A stretch of DNA of 5,188 nucleotides from a virus. Taxonomy: Duplodnaviria > Heunggongvirae > Uroviricota > Caudoviricetes. The stretch is taken from the IMG/VR virus record IMGVR_UViG_2734482594_000011; one strand, 5' to 3'. Under the pieces are notes generated by a model. That model was given only the letters and a program-made list of their open reading frames with translations. It did not search any database and was not told the origin of the DNA. The translations under genes were made by a program, and so were the position numbers. Shown one piece after another: positions 1-5,188 of the stretch. Positions within the stretch are counted from its first letter, which is position 1; each line of letters starts with the position of its first letter.

Positions 1-1091
1 GGTCGGTCCTGCACGAATGTCAGCGTCTGCCCGTTCCATACCGGCATACAGCGCATCGCCGAGCAGAAATCACTGAGCACATCCCACGCCTTGCGCTGTG
101 TGGTCAGGTACGCATTACAGGTGATGCGCGGCTCCGTGCCGCCAAAGCCGTCCGGCACTGACTGGTCGCAGTACTGGCCGATGACATACAGCGCCCATTT
201 GTCCACATCCGCCGCACCAAGACGTTTCCCCATGCCATAGCGCGGGTGGGTCAGCATATCCCACAGACACCAGGCCATGTTGTTGCTGTATGCTGGCTTA
301 AACGTTCCGTCCCAGATACCGCTGTATTGCCGCGTCTGCGGGTTATAGTTCGACGGCACCTGCAGAATGCGCCCGCGAAGATGATAATTACGACTCACCT
401 GCTGGCTGCCGAACTGCTCCGAGTCCACCTGTACGCCGACCAGTGCAGTGTTCGGGTAGCACTGTTTCACATCGATGATTTCGGTGTATGACGACCAGAG
501 CGTTTTGTTCTGCAGCTGGTCTGTGGTGCTGTCCGGTGTCATCCTGCGCATCCGGATACTGAACGGGCGCGGAGGCAGGTTATCCACCACCACCGAGACC
601 AGATACTGCGAGGTGGTTTTGCCCTTAATGGTGATGTCTTTTTCCGTCACCCAGCCACCATTACGCTGTATCTGAACCAGCAGGCGGACCTCCGACGGAT
701 TCCGATCCCCTTTTGAGGTGGTTTCCACCAGTGCCTGCACACCGAAGGTAAAGCGCAGACGGTCGATGTTTGCCGACGTGATGGTGCGGGTGATCGGCGT
801 GTCATATTTCACTTCCGTACCCAGCACCGTCTCGGAGCCGGAGGATTCAAACCCCTCCGGCGGTGTCTGCTCCTGCTCACCTGCCCGGAACACCACCGTG
901 ACACCGGAGATATTGGTATTCCCCTCACTGTCCAGCACCGGCGTACTGTTCAGCAGCACGCTTTTTAACCCATCCACCGGACCTTCAATCGGCCCTTCGC
1001 TGATGACATCGATCACACTCAGCAACTGCGTGGATTTCAGGTTGTCCTTCGCTTCACGCGGGGTATGCCCCTTACTGCTGCCTTTACCCAT
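1..1091 (-). CDS. J: Tail tip central fibre / host-specificity protein J, N-terminal ~363 codons; the gene continues past the window start
   Basis: ATG at 1091..1089 (minus) preceded by GGAG/GAGGA Shine-Dalgarno-like sequence. The minus-strand reading frame stays open to position 1. Hand translation gives MAWCLWDMLTHPRYGM at 280..233 and MPVWNGQTLTFVQDRP at 47..1, both of which I recognise as lambda gpJ. Sits immediately downstream of I, as in lambda. Confidence 0.9.
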   Translation of the reverse strand, partial: MGKGSSKGHTPREAKDNLKSTQLLSVIDVISEGPIEGPVDGLKSVLLNSTPVLDSEGNTNISGVTVVFRAGEQEQTPPEGFESSGSETVLGTEVKYDTPITRTITSANIDRLRFTFGVQALVETTSKGDRNPSEVRLLVQIQRNGGWVTEKDITIKGKTTSQYLVSVVVDNLPPRPFSIRMRRMTPDSTTDQLQNKTLWSSYTEIIDVKQCYPNTALVGVQVDSEQFGSQQVSRNYHLRGRILQVPSNYNPQTRQYSGIWDGTFKPAYSNNMAWCLWDMLTHPRYGMGKRLGAADVDKWALYVIGQYCDQSVPDGFGGTEPRITCNAYLTTQRKAWDVLSDFCSAMRCMPVWNGQTLTFVQDR

Positions 1092-1113
1092 TCCTCATGC
1101 TCCATAAACGACA

Positions 1114-1133
1114 AAACCGCCCGCAGGCGGTTT
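1114..1133 (-). terminator. Candidate stem-loop in the I-J intergenic spacer: perfect 8-bp stem, 4-nt loop, followed on the coding strand by a U-rich tract; possible weak intrinsic terminator, attenuator or RNA-processing/stability element
   Basis: Plus strand 1114..1121 aaaccgcc, loop 1122..1125 cgca, 1126..1133 ggcggttt, an exact reverse complement. On the minus (mRNA) strand the stem is followed by UGUCGUUUAU. Function is not demonstrable from sequence alone. Confidence 0.3.
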
Positions 1134-1151
1134 CACATAAAACATGTTCCA

Positions 1152-1823
1152 TCAGCGACCAATCACCACGATTTCACCACCATCACCTTCATCAGCTGTA
1201 CTGATTTCCTGAGATGCCACACGTGACCCCACGCGCATTTCACCGTACAGAACGGGCAGAACATTGCCCTGGGCAACCATGTTATCCAGTGAGGAGAAAT
1301 AGGTGTTCTGCTTACCGTTATCCGTGCTGGTCGCTGTGGGCGTCCGGGCTTTCGGTGCCAGCATCTGCGCCACACCACCGAGCACCATACTGGCACCGAG
1401 AGAAAACAGGATGCCGGTCATACCACCGGCCCCAATGGCTGCTCCCCATGCTGCAAGGGTGGCTCCGGCGGTAAAGAATGATCCGGCAATGGCGGCTGCT
1501 CCCAGGACAATCTGGAATACACCTCCGGGCTTGGCCCCGGCGACTCTGGGAACAATATGAATCACAGCGCCATCAGGCAGAGCCTCATGTAACTGCGCCG
1601 TTAATCCGGACGTGCTGACATCCCGCCCGGCAATCCGTACCTGATACCAGCCGTCGCTCAGTTTCTGACGAAACGCCGGGAGCTGCGTGGCCAGCGCCCG
1701 GATGGCTTCAGCCCCTGTTTTCACACGAAGATCGATGCGGCGGCCAAATCGTTGTAAATCCCCGTAAAGGCAGATGCGTGCCATGCCCGGTGACGCCAGA
1801 GGGAGTGTGTGCGTCGCTGCCAT
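1152..1823 (-). CDS. I: Tail assembly protein I (223 aa): ubiquitin-like N-terminal region plus Gly/Ala-rich hydrophobic C-terminal region
   Basis: Complete 223-aa ORF, ATG at 1823..1821, TGA at 1154..1152. Translation MAATHTLPLASPGMARICLYGDLQRF... is recognised as lambda gpI. Length and position between K and J match lambda. Start overlaps the 3' end of K by 103 nt. Confidence 0.92.
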   Translation of the reverse strand: MAATHTLPLASPGMARICLYGDLQRFGRRIDLRVKTGAEAIRALATQLPAFRQKLSDGWYQVRIAGRDVSTSGLTAQLHEALPDGAVIHIVPRVAGAKPGGVFQIVLGAAAIAGSFFTAGATLAAWGAAIGAGGMTGILFSLGASMVLGGVAQMLAPKARTPTATSTDNGKQNTYFSSLDNMVAQGNVLPVLYGEMRVGSRVASQEISTADEGDGGEIVVIGR

Positions 1824-2464
1824 TTGTCGGTATACCTCTCTCGTTTGCTCAGTTGTTCAGGAATATGGTGCAGCAGCTCGCCGTCGCCGCAGTAAATAGC
1901 GGCATGATTCGGCACCGATGAACCAAAACAGCACAGCAGCACATCGCCCGGCTGCGCCGCTGACAACGGCACCTGATACAGCCCTGTGGCCTCCAGATTA
2001 TCAAGATAGAGATTCTGGCCGTTACGCCACCAGTCATCCTCACGATAAAAGTCCGGCATCTCAATCCCCGCCAGATGGTAAGCGTCCCGGAACAGCGTGT
2101 AACAGTCCGTCACCCCGTGCTCAAAGCGCCGCCCGGTGAGATGCGGCACACAGCGGAACTTGTGAATCGCCCCCCGGCAGACCAGCCACCACGGCAAATC
2201 ACTCTGCACCTGCAGCCGCCGGTCGGCCTCACTCAGCCAGGGCAGACCACCGGGATGACTGTGGACCAGCGCCACAATCTCACCCTGCATTTCTGCCTGC
2301 AGCCAGTCCTCCGGCGACATCCGGAAATAATCCTCCGGCTCACCGGAGATATTCACGCAGGGAAAATATCTTTCCCCCTCCGGCGTTCTCACCACGAAGC
2401 CGCACGACTCCGCTGGCGCACATCGCCGGGCGTGCGCCAGAATCGCTGATTCTGTCTCTGTCAT
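1721..2464 (-). CDS. K: Tail assembly protein K, a two-domain JAB/MPN (JAMM) metallopeptidase-like plus NlpC/P60 cysteine peptidase-like protein; 247 aa if started at MTETES (2464), 199 aa if started at MSPEDW (2320, the classical annotation)
   Basis: ORF is open from 2539 to stop at 1723..1721. ATG at 2464..2462 lies 4 nt after the L stop. An in-frame ATG at 2320..2318 has a GGAGGA Shine-Dalgarno about 10 nt upstream. JAMM-like motif HSHPGGLPWLSEAD (HxH-x7-S-x2-D) is present. NlpC/P60-like signature: Cys in GVTDCYTLF, His in NHAAIY, then LLHH. Recognised as lambda gpK. Confidence 0.85.
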   Translation of the reverse strand: MTETESAILAHARRCAPAESCGFVVRTPEGERYFPCVNISGEPEDYFRMSPEDWLQAEMQGEIVALVHSHPGGLPWLSEADRRLQVQSDLPWWLVCRGAIHKFRCVPHLTGRRFEHGVTDCYTLFRDAYHLAGIEMPDFYREDDWWRNGQNLYLDNLEATGLYQVPLSAAQPGDVLLCCFGSSVPNHAAIYCGDGELLHHIPEQLSKRERYTDKWQRRTHSLWRHRAWHASAFTGIYNDLAAASIFV

Positions 2465-2468
2465 GGGA

Positions 2469-3167
2469 TTACTGCGAAAGTTTGTTAATGGAAAGGAAGC
2501 CGCCAAAGTTGCCGACGTTATTGCGGAACTTACAGCCACTCAGGCATTTGCTGCATTTATCCTTCGTGATATCGGACGTCGGCTGGTCATATTCATCCGC
2601 GACCGCCGGACCGCTATAACCGCACTCATCACCGCGATAGGTCCAGGTGCAGGTGTTGGCCAGCATGATGCGCCCCGGAAAAACAGCACCATCCGTTTCC
2701 GTCGGCGTGGACAACACAAAGGAGGCACTGACCGCGCTCAGTTCGCTGCACTGCTCGACGCGCCAGCGGCTGATCACCTCCTGCTCCGGATCGGCATCAC
2801 TGTTTCCGTTGACGAAATTCACCGCATCCAGAAAACGGGCGTAAACCTTACGCCTGACCACCGTTCCGCCGACCAGACTCTGCAGATCTTCCACCATCCC
2901 GGTGACCATACCGTACAGGTTAGAAACCGTCAGCGTGGGGCGCGTACTGGTGCCTTTGCCATTCAGTTCAAAACCGCTCCCCTGAATGGGATACGCCTGA
3001 TACTGTCGCCCCTGCCAGGTGACCGGCTCACCTTTTTCGTTCTGCTCATTACAGAAAAAATAACGTTCTCCACCGACCTCTGTCAGATCGATTTCCCAGA
3101 GCACCACGCTGGCCGACTGCTCCGCACGGGTGCATTCATTCAGTGTTTCCTGTTGGATATCCTGCAT
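2469..3167 (-). CDS. L: Tail tip protein L (232 aa), with a C-terminal cysteine cluster consistent with an iron-sulfur-binding region
   Basis: Complete 232-aa ORF, ATG at 3167..3165 overlapping the M stop (TGATG), TAA at 2471..2469. AGGTGGTG Shine-Dalgarno-like sequence upstream. Translation MQDIQQETLNECTRAEQSASVVLWEIDLTEVGG... is recognised as lambda gpL. C-terminal cysteines occur in NTCTW, DECGY and DKCSKCLSGC. Confidence 0.92.
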   Translation of the reverse strand: MQDIQQETLNECTRAEQSASVVLWEIDLTEVGGERYFFCNEQNEKGEPVTWQGRQYQAYPIQGSGFELNGKGTSTRPTLTVSNLYGMVTGMVEDLQSLVGGTVVRRKVYARFLDAVNFVNGNSDADPEQEVISRWRVEQCSELSAVSASFVLSTPTETDGAVFPGRIMLANTCTWTYRGDECGYSGPAVADEYDQPTSDITKDKCSKCLSGCKFRNNVGNFGGFLSINKLSQ

Positions 3168-3496
3168 CAGTTCACCACCTGTTCAAACTCTGCGCTGAAC
3201 TCAACACGCAGCATACTGACCCGCGACGACCATTTTGCGCAGGTCACCTTTATCTGCCGCCACTCATAAGGCGGCGTCCACAGAAAGGCTTTCCAGCCCC
3301 CGTGCTCAGCCAGAAACGACTCCAGCGCTGTGGCCTCCCAACGGGGAACAGAAAGCGTCACGCTGTACGTTTTCAGGTCAGCGTTCAGCCCGGCAGGCGC
3401 TCGCTGGGAATAGCCATCACCAAAGCGCACCTTTCTTACGGAAGGGGCCGAAGCCACATCCATACCGGGTTTCACTTTCCAGCGGAAGGTTTTCAT
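3167..3496 (-). CDS. M: Tail tip protein M (109 aa)
   Basis: Complete 109-aa ORF, ATG at 3496..3494 overlapping the H stop (ATGA), GGAGGTGG Shine-Dalgarno 5-7 nt upstream. Translation MKTFRWKVKPGMDVAS...EFSAEFEQVVN is recognised as lambda gpM. Length and order (H-M-L) match lambda. Confidence 0.92.
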   Translation of the reverse strand: MKTFRWKVKPGMDVASAPSVRKVRFGDGYSQRAPAGLNADLKTYSVTLSVPRWEATALESFLAEHGGWKAFLWTPPYEWRQIKVTCAKWSSRVSMLRVEFSAEFEQVVN

Positions 3497-5188
3497 CGTC
3501 CACCTCCGGAGAACAGACCACCATCGCGCATCTGCCCGGTCACAACATCCATTGCCGCCTTACGGGCTACGTCATAAACAGCCTTCAGTGCCTGTGGCCC
3601 TATCTGACCGTTCGTGCCGTCGTTGTTAATCACCACATGGTTATTCTGCTCAAACGTCCCGGACGCCTGCGACCGGCTGTCTGCCATGCTGCCCGGTGTA
3701 CCGACATAACCGCCGGTGGCATAGCCGCGCATCAGCCGGTAGAGATTCCCCACGCCAATCCGGCTGGTTGCCTCCTTCGTGAAGACAAACTCACCACGGT
3801 GAACAATCCCCGCTGGCTCATATTTGCCGCCGGTTCCCGTAAATCCCCCGGTCGCAAAATGGAATTTCGCCGCAGCGGCCTGAATGGCTGTACCACCTGA
3901 CGCTGATGCGCCACCACTGGCAGCACCGCCAATGGCGCTGCCGATACTCCCGACAATCCCCACCATTGCCTGCTTAAGCAGAATTTCTGTCATCATGGAC
4001 AGCACGGAGCGGGTGAAGCTGCGCCAGTTCTGTTCACTGCCGGTCAGCATCGCCGCCATATTCTGTGCAATACCATCAAAGGTCTGCGTGGCTGCACTTT
4101 TAACCTGTGACATACTGTCCGTGGCGCTCTCTTCCCACTCACTCCAGCCGGACTTCAGGCCTGCCATCCAGCTCCCGCGAAGCTGGTCTTCAGCCGCCCA
4201 GGTCTTTTTCTGCTCTGACATGACGTTATTCAGCGCCAGCGGATTATCGCCATACTGTTCCTTCAGACGCTGTTCCGTGGCTTCCCGCGCTGCCTGCCGG
4301 TCAGTCAGCCCCCGGCTTTTCGCATCAATGGCGGCCCGTTTTGCCCGTTGCTGCTGTGCGAATTTATCCGCCTGCTGCGCCAGCGCATTCAGGTGCTCCT
4401 GATACGTGACCTTATCGCCAAGTGCAGCCAGCTGGCGCTTGTACTCCAGCGTCTCGTCTTTATGCGCCAGCAGGGATTTCTCCTGTGCAGACAGCTGGCG
4501 ACGTTGCGCCGCCTCCTCCAGTACCGCGAACTGATTCTCCGCCTTCCACAAATCCCGGCGCTGCTGGCTGATTTTCTCATTCGCTCCGGCATGCTTCTCC
4601 AGCGTCCGGAGTTCTGCCTGAAGCGTCAGCAGGGCAGCATGAGCACTGTCTTCCTGACGATCGCCCGCAGACACCTTCACGCCGGACTGCTTCGGCTTTT
4701 TCAGCGTAGCTTCATAATCCTTTTTCGCTGCCGCCATCAGCGTGTTGTAATCTGCCTGCAGGATTTTCCCGTCTTTCAGTNNNNNNNNNNNNNNNNNNNN
4801 NNNNNNNNNNNNNNNNNNNNNNNNNNNNNNNNNNNNNNNNNNNNNNNNNNNNNNNNNNNNNNNNNNNNNNNNNNNNNNNNNNNNNNNNNNNNNNNNNNNN
4901 NNNNNNNNNNNNNNNNNNNNNNNNNNNNNNNNNNNNNNNNNNNNNNNNNNNNNNNNNNNNNNNNNNNNNNNNNNNNNNNNNNNNNNNNNNNNNNNNNNNN
5001 NNNNNNNNNNNNTGTCGTCTGCTTTCTTAAACGCAGCCTCTGCCTTAATCAGCATCTCCTGAGCGGTATCAGGACGACCAATATCCAGCACCGCATCCCA
5101 CATGGATTTGAATGCCCGTGCTGTCCTGTCTGCCCAGGTCTCCAGCGTGCCCATGTTCTCTTTCAGGCGGCGGGTCTGGTCATCAAAC
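3493..5188 (-). CDS. H: Tail tape measure protein H, 3' portion; the 5' end lies beyond the window end and the ORF passes through the N-masked segment
   Basis: Minus-strand frame is open from 5188 to TGA at 3495..3493. Codons upstream of the listed Met read FDDQTRRLKEN-MGTLETW, so the Met at 5154 is internal. Coiled-coil-like, charge-rich middle (AQEKSLLAHKDETLEYKRQLAALGDK...), Gly-rich hydrophobic segment (VGIVGSIGSAIGGAASGGASASGG) and C-terminus ...MRDGGLFSGGGR are recognised as lambda gpH. Confidence 0.9.
   Translation of the reverse strand, partial: FDDQTRRLKENMGTLETWADRTARAFKSMWDAVLDIGRPDTAQEMLIKAEAAFKKADDXXXXXXXXXXXXXXXXXXXXXXXXXXXXXXXXXXXXXXXXXXXXXXXXXXXXXXXXXXXXXXXXXXXXXXXXXXXXXXLKDGKILQADYNTLMAAAKKDYEATLKKPKQSGVKVSAGDRQEDSAHAALLTLQAELRTLEKHAGANEKISQQRRDLWKAENQFAVLEEAAQRRQLSAQEKSLLAHKDETLEYKRQLAALGDKVTYQEHLNALAQQADKFAQQQRAKRAAIDAKSRGLTDRQAAREATEQRLKEQYGDNPLALNNVMSEQKKTWAAEDQLRGSWMAGLKSGWSEWEESATDSMSQVKSAATQTFDGIAQNMAAMLTGSEQNWRSFTRSVLSMMTEILLKQAMVGIVGSIGSAIGGAASGGASASGGTAIQAAAAKFHFATGGFTGTGGKYEPAGIVHRGEFVFTKEATSRIGVGNLYRLMRGYATGGYVGTPGSMADSRSQASGTFEQNNHVVINNDGTNGQIGPQALKAVYDVARKAAMDVVTGQMRDGGLFSGGGR
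4781..5012. other. Run of 232 ambiguous bases (N): assembly gap or deliberate mask inside the H coding region
   Basis: Directly visible. Spans H codons translated as X (about 78 codons). The flanking real sequence is in the same reading frame on both sides. Confidence 0.99.

Noticed and set aside
246-1107. Plus-strand ORFs of 81, 66 and 129 aa antisense to J
   Set aside because: All lie opposite the continuous J frame, which is recognised with high confidence; no start context or domain signature.
1163-1560. Short ORFs on both strands nested inside I (77, 86, 85 aa)
   Set aside because: Alternative frames of, or antisense to, the I gene. They coincide with its Gly/Ala-rich region, which produces long open frames by composition alone.
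1721-2539. Full 272-aa ORF as the K gene, starting at ATG 2539
   Set aside because: That start would overlap the L 3' end by about 70 nt and has no Shine-Dalgarno. The ATG at 2464, 4 nt after the L stop, or the classical 2320 start are far more plausible.
2463-3269. 268-aa ORF on the plus strand, antisense to K/L/M
   Set aside because: Lies entirely opposite confidently identified lambda L and M coding sequence. Low-complexity, Arg-rich translation typical of an antisense frame in GC-rich coding DNA; no ribosome-binding site or recognisable protein.
3235-3900. 221-aa plus-strand ORF antisense to M/H
   Set aside because: Same reasoning: antisense to the tape measure gene, with Arg/Pro/Ser-rich composition and no recognisable domain.
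3884-4402. 172-aa plus-strand ORF antisense to H
   Set aside because: Antisense to H; Ala/Cys/Ser-rich low-complexity translation, which is what the antisense of a coiled-coil (Ala/Gln/Glu/Lys-rich) region looks like.
4781-5012. Idea that the N-run hides an inserted novel gene or mobile element
   Set aside because: The H reading frame is continuous across the run and the span is no longer than the matching H segment as I recall it, leaving no room for an insertion. It cannot be formally excluded without the real bases.
1-5188. CRISPR arrays, tandem repeats, tRNA/rRNA genes, integrase or transposase, defence systems
   Set aside because: No repeat-spacer periodicity, no tRNA-like structures and no unassigned coding space. 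Every base outside the 60-nt I-J spacer is accounted for by lambda tail genes.
1-5188. Promoters inside the window
   Set aside because: No convincing -35/-10 pair stood out, and lambda late genes are transcribed from a single far-upstream late promoter under Q antitermination, so internal promoters are not expected. Not systematically scored.

Overview
The window is the tail-tip assembly module of bacteriophage lambda, or a near-identical lambdoid prophage, with every gene on the minus strand. In transcription order it holds the 3' part of H (tape measure, running in from beyond position 5188), then M, L, K and I, and the first ~363 codons of J (running out past position 1). I recognised the proteins by reading the translations; no search was run. 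The genes are tightly packed: H/M and M/L share start/stop overlaps, L and K are 4 nt apart, and K overlaps I by 103 nt in a different frame. The only non-coding gap is 60 nt between I and J, which carries a perfect hairpin. A 232-nt run of N (4781-5012) sits inside H and hides about 78 codons; the flanks stay in frame across it. I see no CRISPR array, tRNA/rRNA, transposase or integrase, and no support for a previously undescribed system: this is a classical, well-studied late-operon segment. The points worth a second look are the K start codon, the masked H segment, the I-J hairpin, and the glycine-rich hydrophobic segments in I and H.
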